From assembly GCA_051744925.1 (NCBI GenBank), contig JBNJDM010000001.1:980-64979 (forward strand): a stretch of 64,000 nucleotides of DNA. Reading direction: 5' to 3'. The stretch's first letter is position 1, and every line of letters begins with the position of its first letter. Shown one piece after another: positions 56,247 to 64,000 of the stretch. The notes under the pieces are model-generated. The model had not been told where the DNA came from, made no database searches, and was given only the letters and a program-made list of their open reading frames with translations. The stretch comes from Thermodesulfobacteriota bacterium. Its GTDB lineage: Bacteria; Desulfobacterota; Desulfobacteria; Desulfobacterales; JACKCP01. Made by a program: the position numbers and the translations under genes.

Positions 56247-56308
56247 TTAGTTGCTGAATGAAAACTGCCTTTTGTCCCGGTTCTTAAGTTAGAATCAAAA
56301 TTTAATCC
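56247..56308. repeat. intergenic repeat, copy A (partner at 61025-61088)
   Basis: By hand alignment, 49 of ~61 alignment columns are identical between TTAGTTGCTGAATGAAAACTGCCTTTTGTCCCGGTTCTTAAGTTAGAATCAAAATTTAATCC (A) and the corresponding stretch of copy B. Confidence 0.7.
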
Positions 56309-56552
56309 TCAAAATACTCCAGTATTCCTGCGGGTAGATTTTTCATCTGGCGTAACTGAACAAAAAAAATCTGGTTTTCGGCCAAATACTAGTTAATATT
56401 ATGTGAGTAAAAAAATATAATCTTTTTAGAGGTTGATTTTTTTTGAAAAATTGTAAAATTCCTATTATAAAATTAGTTAAATTTCTTTATTTTTTATTGC
56501 TAACCTGTTTCGGATTTATCAATTTTAAATTATTAAAGGAAAAATTTTTAAA

Positions 56553-56816
56553 ATGGATGATTTTAAGATTACCTTTACAGAAAATGAGAAGAATTTAATT
56601 TTAGAACATACTTACACTCCTGCTGAACTATCAGACAGATTAAAAGATGCAAAAATCAAAGGCAAATACCTTACAGTTTACTACAGCTATGATGAGCTTG
56701 ATGAACTTATAGGTTCTATTGCTTCCGAATTCAGCCATACTGAAGATGAAAAAATATCAAAAAGCCTTGATCAGCTCTATGAAAAGCTCGTGGATATACT
56801 TGACAGCGCATACTGA
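56553..56816 (+). CDS. hypothetical small acidic protein
   Basis: 87-aa ORF with AAAGGAAAA upstream. No family recognised. It is flanked by 300-470 nt AT-rich spacers. Confidence 0.5.
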   Translation: MDDFKITFTENEKNLILEHTYTPAELSDRLKDAKIKGKYLTVYYSYDELDELIGSIASEFSHTEDEKISKSLDQLYEKLVDILDSAY

Positions 56817-56859
56817 TTAACCGGATTATATTCAGTTAATAATTTTTATAATTATATCT

Positions 56860-57030
56860 CACAGGGGTTTGGAAAACAGGGGCTCAGGGGTACCATGAGA
56901 TTGTTTGCGTTGCATACGCCGCAAAGAATCACACCGTTTCAATTTGAGTCTTAGATTCCAGGAGAGTTAGTGAGAATTAAATACTTTCTGCGTTATTAAA
57001 TTAAGATTTTTGTTCCACTGTGCCCCTGTG
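56860..57030 (+). other. candidate structured RNA / regulatory element in a 468-nt spacer
   Basis: A closing helix forms from CACAGGGG..TGGAA (56860-56874) and TTCCA..CCCCTGTG (57013-57030). There is an internal hairpin with 11-bp arms and one mismatch, GATTGTTTGCG/CGCAAAGAATC (56899-56930), and three CAGGGG motifs at 56862, 56877 and 56885. Strand is not established. Confidence 0.3.
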
Positions 57031-57296
57031 TGGAAAAAAAATTATTCTGAATAAATACAAATTTTTTATATGCATGGAAAAAGTGTGGACAGGAAGTTAA
57101 CAGCATTTTTGCGCAGTATAACCCGGCCGGTATTTTATGTCGCATTTTTTAAAAACCTTTGAATTCCTTGCCAAAATCATTAAAGCCCTTAATGTTTTAA
57201 TATACAATAAAACTATTAATTTTATTTAAATAGTGACTGCAAGAAAAAGAAAATTTTTTGTTCAGGCACTATAAATAAAAAAACATGGAGGTTATT

Positions 57297-57500
57297 ATGA
57301 ATGTTGAACAAGGTGTTATGACTGCAGCAGGTATTTTTGTATTTTTAAGCGTACTTCTTGGCTGGTTTCACTCTCCGTACTGGTATATTTTTACAGGATT
57401 TATAGGTCTTAATCTTCTTCAGGCTGCTTTTACCAAATTCTGCCCTATGGCCATACTTTTAAAAAAGATGGGACTTAAGAGTGGCAATGTTTTTGATTAG
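57297..57500 (+). CDS. DUF2892 (YgaP-like) small membrane protein
   Basis: Two TM helices and the family-typical ending LLQAAFTKFCPMAILLKKMG. ATG 57297 lies 5 nt after GGAGG and is preferred to 57285. Confidence 0.7.
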   Translation: MNVEQGVMTAAGIFVFLSVLLGWFHSPYWYIFTGFIGLNLLQAAFTKFCPMAILLKKMGLKSGNVFD

Positions 57501-57589
57501 CAGTTTAATCCAAAGCCGGCATCTGAGAAATGATGCCGGTTTCAACAGCTTAATATAGAAAATATTCAATTCAGAATAAAAGGAGATTT

Positions 57590-58813
57590 ATGAATGATCA
57601 GGTAAGTCTTTCCGATACAATCGAACTCCCCTGCAGTGTGACAGTAAACAACAGATTTTTAAAATCTGCAATGAGTGAAATTCTGGGATCCCAGGATTAT
57701 AACCCGACAAAAGAACTTATTAATGTGTATTCAAGATGGGCAGACGGAGAAGCAGGAATTCTTGTTACCGGAAATGTAATGATAGATAAAAATGCACTTG
57801 GAGAACCGAGAAACGTTGTAATTTCAGGCGATGAAGATTTGGATCTTTTAAAAAAGTGGGCCGATGCAGGCAAAAAAAAGAATAATCATATTTTTGTTCA
57901 GCTGAATCATCCGGGAAAACAAAGTCCTAAGAGTCTGTCCCCTCAGCCTGTTTCTCCTTCTCCTATACCTCTTGGAAAAGGACTTGAGAAGTTTTTTGCT
58001 ACTCCAAGAGCCCTTGAGGAAGATGAGATCCATGATTTAATTGAGAAATTTGCATATGCAGCTGAAACTGTAAAAAAGGCTGGTTTTACAGGGGTGCAGA
58101 TTCATGCTGCACACGGATACCTTGTTAGTCAGTTTTTGTCTCCCCTCCATAATCAGCGCGAGGATAAGTGGGGAGGAAGCCTTGAAAACAGAATGAGGTT
58201 TCTTGTTGAAGTTTATGATGCAATCAGAAAAAGAACAGGAGACGATTTTCCTGTAAGTGTTAAGATTAATTCTGCAGATTTTAGAAACGGTGGTTTTTCA
58301 GAAGAAGAAGCCATGAAGGTTTTTAAAACACTTGATGAAAAGGGAATAGATTTAATAGAACTTTCAGGCGGAAGCTATGAGTCTCCTGTTATGACAGGCA
58401 AAAATATGAAATCTGAAAAAGAGGCATATTTTCTTGATATAGCTAACAGGGCAAAAAAGGAATTAAAAGCTCCTGTAGCTGTCACAGGCGGTTTTAGAAC
58501 ATCGGATGCAATGAAAGAGGCTGTAGCATCGCAAAAAACAGATTTTATAGGCCTTGCAAGACCTATAGCAGTAGACCCTGACCTTCCTTTGAAAGTATTA
58601 AGCGGGAAAGATTATAAAAGCAGTGTAAAACCATTGTCTACCGGTATAAAAGCTCTGGACAGAGTCGCAATGCTTGAAATTACCTGGTATGAATATCAGA
58701 TCGGCAGAATAGGTAAGGGCAAGGAGCCAAAGCCCTACGAAAATGTATGGATTTCAATGACAAAACTTTTTGCAAGGGACGGCTGGTTCAGATTTAAAAG
58801 AAGAAGGGCATAA
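57590..58813 (+). CDS. NADH:flavin oxidoreductase, Old Yellow Enzyme / 2,4-dienoyl-CoA reductase N-terminal-domain family
   Basis: ILVTGNVMID, FVQLNHPGKQ, GVQIHAAHGYLVSQFLSP, RMRFLVEVYDAIR and DFIGLARP are TIM-barrel OYE motifs. Confidence 0.85.
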   Translation: MNDQVSLSDTIELPCSVTVNNRFLKSAMSEILGSQDYNPTKELINVYSRWADGEAGILVTGNVMIDKNALGEPRNVVISGDEDLDLLKKWADAGKKKNNHIFVQLNHPGKQSPKSLSPQPVSPSPIPLGKGLEKFFATPRALEEDEIHDLIEKFAYAAETVKKAGFTGVQIHAAHGYLVSQFLSPLHNQREDKWGGSLENRMRFLVEVYDAIRKRTGDDFPVSVKINSADFRNGGFSEEEAMKVFKTLDEKGIDLIELSGGSYESPVMTGKNMKSEKEAYFLDIANRAKKELKAPVAVTGGFRTSDAMKEAVASQKTDFIGLARPIAVDPDLPLKVLSGKDYKSSVKPLSTGIKALDRVAMLEITWYEYQIGRIGKGKEPKPYENVWISMTKLFARDGWFRFKRRRA

Positions 58814-58820
58814 AATTAAG

Positions 58821-58853
58821 CGGTGCAAATAGTTTATAAAAGCTTTTGCGCCG
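58821..58853. terminator. possible bidirectional terminator hairpin between convergent genes
   Basis: CGGTGCAAA / TTTGCGCCG arms (9 bp including one G-U) with a 15-nt loop, between the reductase and NUDIX gene ends. Confidence 0.35.
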
Positions 58854-58854
58854 T

Positions 58855-59301
58855 TTATACTGGGTTGATTTTCTGTAAAGAGATTATTTTTTCAAGACTG
58901 GAATATTCTTTTAAAAGGTTTTCAAGAGGCAGAAAAAGATTTTTTGGAAGATCATCAAGATCAAACCATACCCATTCAAGACATTTTTCAGGTTCTTTTA
59001 ATGTAACCTCGCCTGAGTCATACTCTGAAATAATATATACAGTAATATAGTGGAGTTTTTCTTTAGTGAATATGTCATTGGTATATGGACCTTTGGAAAG
59101 GTTTTTGATTTTTATTCCTGTTTCTTCCAAAACCTCTCTTTTTGCACATTCAAACAACGATTCCCCGAATTCAAGATGACCGCCGGGAAATGACCAGGTC
59201 ATACTTCCGTGACTGTTTTTTCTTTTACCGAGAAGGACTTTGTTCCTGTTTAAGACCATTACGCCTACCCCTGCAAAAGGCCTGTTATCCGGCTTTTTCA
59301 T
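58855..59301 (-). CDS. NUDIX hydrolase
   Basis: Nudix box GGHLEFGESLFECAKREVLEETGI. Confidence 0.9.
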   Translation of the reverse strand: MKKPDNRPFAGVGVMVLNRNKVLLGKRKNSHGSMTWSFPGGHLEFGESLFECAKREVLEETGIKIKNLSKGPYTNDIFTKEKLHYITVYIISEYDSGEVTLKEPEKCLEWVWFDLDDLPKNLFLPLENLLKEYSSLEKIISLQKINPV

Positions 59302-59454
59302 TTTTGTATTCCAAAATTTTGTTTAACATATTTTTGCAGAAAATTTTGCTCAGACAGGTAATAGCAAAGTTTATTCAGTCTTAATAACACTTTGCTGCAG
59401 TTTTCTCAGTTGTTCCCACAACATAAGGAAAAAAGCAGCAATTGAGTTAAAATC

Positions 59455-60987
59455 TTATGTTTCGTACAGTTTTAAAATAGATTCAACAAGACCGTCTATA
59501 GTATATTCTTTTGCAGTTATATCAGGTGTTATACCTGTTTCTTCAGCAGTATCTCCTGTGATCGGACCTATTGATGCAGATCTCAGGTTGGGCAAAATAT
59601 CTGCAAACTGATCTTTGGAAAAAAGAGCCCTGAAGTTTTTTACAGTAGAGGAGCTTGTAAAAGTTACAAGATCTATTCTGTTGTTTATAAAATCATTGTA
59701 TATTTCTGAGCTGCTGTCTGATGCAGGTACAGTCTTATATGCTGTTACTTCATCAACAACTGCGCCCATTTTTCTGAGTTCTTCAGGAAGCACAGCTCTT
59801 GCTTCCATTGCCCTTGGAATAAGTATTTTCTTATCTTTAACATCAATATTTTCAAAAGCTTTAACAACAGATTCTGCTCTGTAGCTTTCAGGAAAAACAT
59901 CGGTTTTTATTCCGTATTCAGCAAGCTCGTCCCTTGTTGCAGGTCCTATTACAGAGGTTTTAAGATTCCCTATCGCCCTTGAATCAAATCCTTTTTCATG
60001 CAAAGCTTTAAAAAAATGTTTTACTCCGTTTACGCTTGTAAAAATAAGCCATGAATAATTTTTAAGATTCTCAACTGCATTGTAAAGAGGGGTTTTGTCG
60101 TCAGCTTCTTTAATTTTTATAGTCGGATATTCAATACACTCAGCTCCAAGAGATGAAAGCTTTTCAACAAGGGAGCTTGCCTGGGCTCTTGCCCTTGTAA
60201 TCATAATCCTTTTTCCAAGAAGCGGTCTTTTTGCTTCAAACCATTTAAGTTTTTCCCTGTAATTTACAACTTCTCCTACTACAATAATTGCAGGAGCCTT
60301 GAAGTTGGTTCTTTTAACTTTTTCAGATATATTTTCAAGGTTTCCTTCAAGTGTCTGCTGGGAAGATGTAGTACCCCATCTGACAAGGGCAACAGGAGTA
60401 TTTTTGTCTTTGCCGTTTTCAATAAGTTTTTTTGAAATATCAGGAAGGTTTTTTACGCCCATTAAAAAGACTATTGTTCCCATACCTTGAGCAAGACTTT
60501 TCCAGTCTATGGAAGAGTTTGTTTTTTCAGGGTCTTCATGGCCGGTTACAATAGCAAGTGTGGAATTTGCATTTCTGTGAGTAAGGGGTATTCCTGCATA
60601 GGCAGGAGCTGATATTGCCGATGTAACTCCTGGTACAATTTCAAATTCTATTCCATGTTCCTTTAAAACTTCAGCTTCTTCTCCGCCTCTTCCGAAAATA
60701 AAGGGATCTCCTCCTTTGAGCCTGCAAACAGTCTTTCCCTGTGAGCCGAGATCTGCAAGAAGAGAGTTTATGCCGTCCTGTGAAAGAGTATGGTCTCCGC
60801 CTTTTTTACCAACGTAAATTTTTTCTGTTGTTTCATCTGCATATCTGAGAAGAGTATTGGATGCAAGATAATCATATACAACCACATCACAGGTTTCTAT
60901 GCATCTTTTCCCTTTAAGTGTAAGGAGTTCCGGATCTCCGGGACCTGCGCCCACAAGATAGACAATCCCCTTTTTCTTTTTTTCCAT
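59455..60987 (-). CDS. cobA/hemD: bifunctional uroporphyrinogen-III C-methyltransferase / uroporphyrinogen-III synthase
   Basis: N-terminal SUMT (VYLVGAGPGDPELLTLKG, VCRLKGGDPFIFGRGGEE, VPGVTSA) followed by a C-terminal HemD-like half of about 250 aa. Confidence 0.88.
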   Translation of the reverse strand: MEKKKKGIVYLVGAGPGDPELLTLKGKRCIETCDVVVYDYLASNTLLRYADETTEKIYVGKKGGDHTLSQDGINSLLADLGSQGKTVCRLKGGDPFIFGRGGEEAEVLKEHGIEFEIVPGVTSAISAPAYAGIPLTHRNANSTLAIVTGHEDPEKTNSSIDWKSLAQGMGTIVFLMGVKNLPDISKKLIENGKDKNTPVALVRWGTTSSQQTLEGNLENISEKVKRTNFKAPAIIVVGEVVNYREKLKWFEAKRPLLGKRIMITRARAQASSLVEKLSSLGAECIEYPTIKIKEADDKTPLYNAVENLKNYSWLIFTSVNGVKHFFKALHEKGFDSRAIGNLKTSVIGPATRDELAEYGIKTDVFPESYRAESVVKAFENIDVKDKKILIPRAMEARAVLPEELRKMGAVVDEVTAYKTVPASDSSSEIYNDFINNRIDLVTFTSSSTVKNFRALFSKDQFADILPNLRSASIGPITGDTAEETGITPDITAKEYTIDGLVESILKLYET

Positions 60988-61024
60988 ATAAAAAACCTTT
61001 GTTAAGATATCTGTTTCAACTTAA

Positions 61025-61088
61025 GTTGTTGCTGAATTAAAACCGTTTTTTTGTCACAGTTCTAAATTGGAATCAAAATTTAAATTCC
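61025..61088. repeat. intergenic repeat, copy B (partner at 56247-56308)
   Basis: GTTGTTGCTGAATTAAAACCGTTTTTTTGTCACAGTTCTAAATTGGAATCAAAATTTAAATTCC. Its right end overlaps the stop codon of the zinc-ribbon gene. Confidence 0.7.
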
Positions 61089-61322
61089 GCATGAAGAACA
61101 GCTGCCTGCACTGCATCCACTGCATGCAGATCCTGCAGATGAACTAAGGGTTGGAGCTTCGCCCCCTCCTGTAGCCGCTCCTTTGCTTACAAAGCCGCAG
61201 GCCGACATAAGTCTTGATACTTCTGTTGAGGAACATTCCGGGCACTCAGGAGTCTCTCCTGACATAACAAGAGTTTCAAAGACTTTATCACATTTTTTGC
61301 ACTGATATTCGTAAATAGGCAT
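61080..61322 (-). CDS. FmdB-family zinc-ribbon protein (CxxC_CxxC_SSSS type)
   Basis: MPIYEYQCKKCDKVFE...ECPECSS followed by a Gly/Ser/Cys-rich tail SACSGCSAGSCSSCGI. Confidence 0.8.
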   Translation of the reverse strand: MPIYEYQCKKCDKVFETLVMSGETPECPECSSTEVSRLMSACGFVSKGAATGGGEAPTLSSSAGSACSGCSAGSCSSCGI

Positions 61323-61348
61323 ATTTATTTCTCCATGAATTTATATTT

Positions 61349-62578
61349 TTAAAAACTTTGAGCTTTTTTTAAATCTTTGCTGTCTTCATCAGGGACCAGA
61401 AGATTTAATCTTTCCTTAAATAATTTATTTTTTGGATCCATTTCCAGACTTTGTTCAATAAAAGTTTTTGCAATCTCTGTATTTTCACCTTTTATAAAAT
61501 ATATATACCCTATGGCAGAAAGAGCATAAGGATTTTCAGGCATAACTTTTAAAGATTTTTTATATGCTGTATAAGCTTTTTCAATATCTTTGTTCTTAAG
61601 GTAAATTTCACCAATATAGTTTAATACAGCAGCACTTTCAGGGTTTATTTCTTCTGCTTTTAAAAAGTATTCCAGAGCCTTGTCCCGGTTTTCCAGATCG
61701 TACTCAGTCTTGCCCAGATAAAAAGGGATTTCATAAAAGTCTTTGCATTTTTCAAATGCCTGAAGAAATATTTTTTTTGCTTTTTCAGGATCATTGTTTA
61801 AATAATTAATAAGACCTTTATTGTATAAAGGCATTATAAAATCACTGTCTGATTGGTTTTCAGCCATTTCAAAATATTGAAGCGATTTCTCAAAATCTTT
61901 TTTTACAGCAAAGCACACACCGAGGCTGTTTAGAATGTTTTCGTCTTTTTCATTGAGTAAAAGACCTTTTTCAAGCTCTTTTACTGCATTATCAATATCT
62001 TTTTTCTGAAAATATTCATCTGAGCTTATATTAAGACTTACAGAATCAAAAACTGCTAATTTTTTATTTTCAAGCATTGAAGCGTGAACCAGAGCTTTGA
62101 ATCCGTTTTGAATAATATCTGTGTGTGAATAATCAAGGCAGGGATAATAACTTATACCGCAGATCGCCTGATGTCCTGTTTCTGTTTCAAACTTGTCTAA
62201 AATATCCGAAGCTGTTTTTTGTGGATCATCTGATTCAGACGGACTCATAAGAATTCCGGGAGCTTTTTCATTTATAAAAAAGCATGGATTTTCTGTTTGT
62301 TTTCCTTTTGCATTAATCAATGAACAAAGTGTTTCAAAGAGATTTTCATAATCATTTTCTTTGTATGGTACAAGTGCGAATAATACAAGATTCAGTTCAG
62401 CATCTGAAGCATACCCTGCAAAAGGTGAAATGTCCGAGGCTGAAAACCAGGTAGTGTACTTTTTTCTCAGGTTATCAGCAAGAAGAGCCTCTGTGTAAAC
62501 AATGCTGTGGCGCTGCTGACTTTCCTTTTCATGGTACAGAAACTCAGGGATTTTTTCGGGACTGAAATGTTCTTCCAT
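61349..62578 (-). CDS. TPR-repeat protein with N-terminal degenerate GGDEF-like domain
   Basis: The C-terminal ~200 aa are TPR repeats (LGVCFAVKKDFEKSLQYFEMA, YNKGLINYLNNDPEKAKKIF, NYIGEIYLKNKDIEKAYTAYKKSL, ...). The N-terminal segment ICGISYYP...FKALVHASMLENKKLAVFD resembles the end of a GGDEF fold, but no GG(D/E)EF motif is present. Confidence 0.7.
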   Translation of the reverse strand: MEEHFSPEKIPEFLYHEKESQQRHSIVYTEALLADNLRKKYTTWFSASDISPFAGYASDAELNLVLFALVPYKENDYENLFETLCSLINAKGKQTENPCFFINEKAPGILMSPSESDDPQKTASDILDKFETETGHQAICGISYYPCLDYSHTDIIQNGFKALVHASMLENKKLAVFDSVSLNISSDEYFQKKDIDNAVKELEKGLLLNEKDENILNSLGVCFAVKKDFEKSLQYFEMAENQSDSDFIMPLYNKGLINYLNNDPEKAKKIFLQAFEKCKDFYEIPFYLGKTEYDLENRDKALEYFLKAEEINPESAAVLNYIGEIYLKNKDIEKAYTAYKKSLKVMPENPYALSAIGYIYFIKGENTEIAKTFIEQSLEMDPKNKLFKERLNLLVPDEDSKDLKKAQSF

Positions 62579-62579
62579 T

Positions 62580-64000
62580 TTAATTTAGCTCTTTTTTCAG
62601 GTTGTTAAATGCCTCTGCGATTAATTCTTCTTCATCTTCTGCTATTGTTCTCAAATCGATAAGGAATTTGTCATCCTCAATTCTTCCCATTACAGGAGGA
62701 TCATTTGATCTTAATTTTTTTTCAATAAATGAAGCTGATAAATCAGGTGACTGAACTGCAACACAAAATGTTGGAATATTTGTTTCTGGCAGTGAGCCTC
62801 CTCCAGCTCTTGAGCTGCTGCTTATAACAAAAGTTTTGAGTCGGGGTATACTGTATTCATCAATAAGCTTTTTTAAAGAATGCGCTTTTTGTTCAGTTGC
62901 TTTTACATTTGTTGAAAGCATTCTTAAAGTTGGAATTTTATTTAGTGCAGATTCAGGATCTCTGTAAAGCCTGAGGGTCATTTCAAGGGCAGCCAGAGTC
63001 ATTTTGTCTATTCTCAGAGCTCTTGTAAGAGGATTTTTTCTTATTTTTTCAATAAGTTCCTTTTTACCTGCTATTATCCCCGCCTGAGGTCCGCCAAGAA
63101 GCTTGTCCCCGCTGAATGTGACAATATCTGTTCCTGCCTTTACTGAGTCGATTACAGTAGGTTCCCCCGGAAGTCCGAATTTTGAGAAATCTATGAAAGT
63201 TCCGCTTCCAAGATCTTCCATAAGTATAACATTTTTTTCCTTTGCAAGCTTTGAAAGATCCTGAAGAGAGACACTGGAGGTAAAGCCTATAATATCAAAA
63301 TTGCTTGTATGTACTTTTAAAAACATTGCTGTCTGAGTTTCATCAAACCTATTTTCATAGTCTGCAAGATGGGTTCTGTTTGTGGTTCCGACTTCTTTAA
63401 GAACAGCCCCGCTTTTTTCCATAACATCAGGTATTCTGAAAGAGCCTCCAATTTCCACAAGTTCACCCCTTGAAACAATTACCTCTTTTTTATGGGCAAA
63501 AGTATCAAGGCAAAGCAAAACAGCTGCAGCATTGTTGTTTACAGCCATTGCGGCCTCGCAGCCTGTGGTTTCACATATCAGATCTTCAACAAGTGAATAT
63601 CTAAGGCCTCTTTTACCTGTTTCAAGGTTAAGTTCAAGATTGGAAAAACATGTTGATCTTTCATATACAAAATCTGCAGCTTCCTTTGCAAGAAGCGATC
63701 TCCCAAGATTTGTATGTACCACCACACCTGTACCGTTTATAACTCTTTGGAAATTAGGTTTATTGTCTTTTAAAATTTCTGAATAAAGATCTGTAACAAT
63801 CTTGTCCTGATCAATTTTTTCTGAAGAATCAAAAGATCCTGAAACTATACTTTGTCTTAGTTTGTCTGTTAACCTTCTTGCAGCTTTTGTGTAAACAGAT
63901 TCAGGAATATTTTTAAGAGAGTATTTTTCTTTAAGCTTAATAATCAGCTTGTCAATTCCTGGAATTTCTTTAAGTCTGTTTTTCTGGTTATCATTTATCT
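62580..64000 (-). CDS. selA: L-seryl-tRNA(Sec) selenium transferase (5' end beyond window)
   Basis: Contains VINGTGVVVHTNLGRS, VNNNAAAVLL, FSGDKLLGGPQAGII (PLP lysine) and RALRIDK. Hand translation shows the frame stays open upstream of the track's start (63725) to the window edge: ...LKEIPGIDKLIIKLKEKYSL...ILKDNKPNFQRVINGTG. Confidence 0.9.
   Translation of the reverse strand, partial: INDNQKNRLKEIPGIDKLIIKLKEKYSLKNIPESVYTKAARRLTDKLRQSIVSGSFDSSEKIDQDKIVTDLYSEILKDNKPNFQRVINGTGVVVHTNLGRSLLAKEAADFVYERSTCFSNLELNLETGKRGLRYSLVEDLICETTGCEAAMAVNNNAAAVLLCLDTFAHKKEVIVSRGELVEIGGSFRIPDVMEKSGAVLKEVGTTNRTHLADYENRFDETQTAMFLKVHTSNFDIIGFTSSVSLQDLSKLAKEKNVILMEDLGSGTFIDFSKFGLPGEPTVIDSVKAGTDIVTFSGDKLLGGPQAGIIAGKKELIEKIRKNPLTRALRIDKMTLAALEMTLRLYRDPESALNKIPTLRMLSTNVKATEQKAHSLKKLIDEYSIPRLKTFVISSSSRAGGGSLPETNIPTFCVAVQSPDLSASFIEKKLRSNDPPVMGRIEDDKFLIDLRTIAEDEEELIAEAFNNLKKELN

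Noticed and set aside
56860-57030. Cobalamin riboswitch, c-di-GMP riboswitch or 6S RNA as the identity of the structured spacer element
   Set aside because: CCACTG and CACAGGG resemble fragments of those consensus sequences. However, the GGTG/AGGGAA core, the B12 box and the GEMM motifs are absent. The two halves do not pair along their length as a 6S rod would.
57071-57163. 30-codon ORF (MHGKSVDRKLTAFLRSITRPVFYVAFFKNL) in the spacer before the DUF2892 gene
   Set aside because: It has no Shine-Dalgarno sequence and an unremarkable sequence, so it is most likely chance in a long AT-rich spacer.

Overview
AT-rich bacterial chromosome segment, almost entirely conserved core genome. By inference it is Desulfobacterota-like: selA, a CobA/HemD fusion, an anaerobe-type BioB, and the EF-Tu and ribosomal protein sequences point that way. 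Layout, left to right: gpsA (5' truncated), radC, pgk, a DedA/TVP38 membrane protein, an orphan 355-aa ORF, a GNAT and PBP1A. Next comes a minus-strand chemotaxis operon (hybrid cheA, cheW, cheB, cheR, HEAT-repeat/receiver protein), then a U32 peptidase, tRNA-Arg and an MltD-like LysM transglycosylase. The translation/transcription supercluster follows: tRNA-Thr/Gly/Thr, tuf, rpmG, tRNA-Trp, secE, nusG, rplKAJL, rpoBC, rpsL, rpsG, and the S10, spc and alpha operons through rplQ. After that come the pstSCAB-phoU-phoBR operon and a looser region with long AT-rich spacers: an unknown 202-aa ORF plus bioB, a small acidic ORF, DUF2892, an OYE-type flavin reductase, NUDIX and cobA/hemD. The window ends with a minus-strand operon of selA (5' end beyond the window), a degenerate GGDEF-like/TPR protein and an FmdB-type zinc ribbon. 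No CRISPR array, IS element, integrase or recognisable defence system was found. The most unusual observation is an in-frame ~99-aa insertion in RpoC (beta-prime) whose sequence follows the parvulin (PpiC-type peptidyl-prolyl isomerase) pattern. Secondary observations: a ~60-nt intergenic repeat present twice, a ~170-nt structured spacer with three CAGGGG motifs, the atypical chemotaxis operon architecture, a non-E. coli auxiliary-cluster ligand pattern in BioB, and the absence of fusA/tufA and adk/map from their usual operon positions. All homology calls come from reading the translations; no database search was run.
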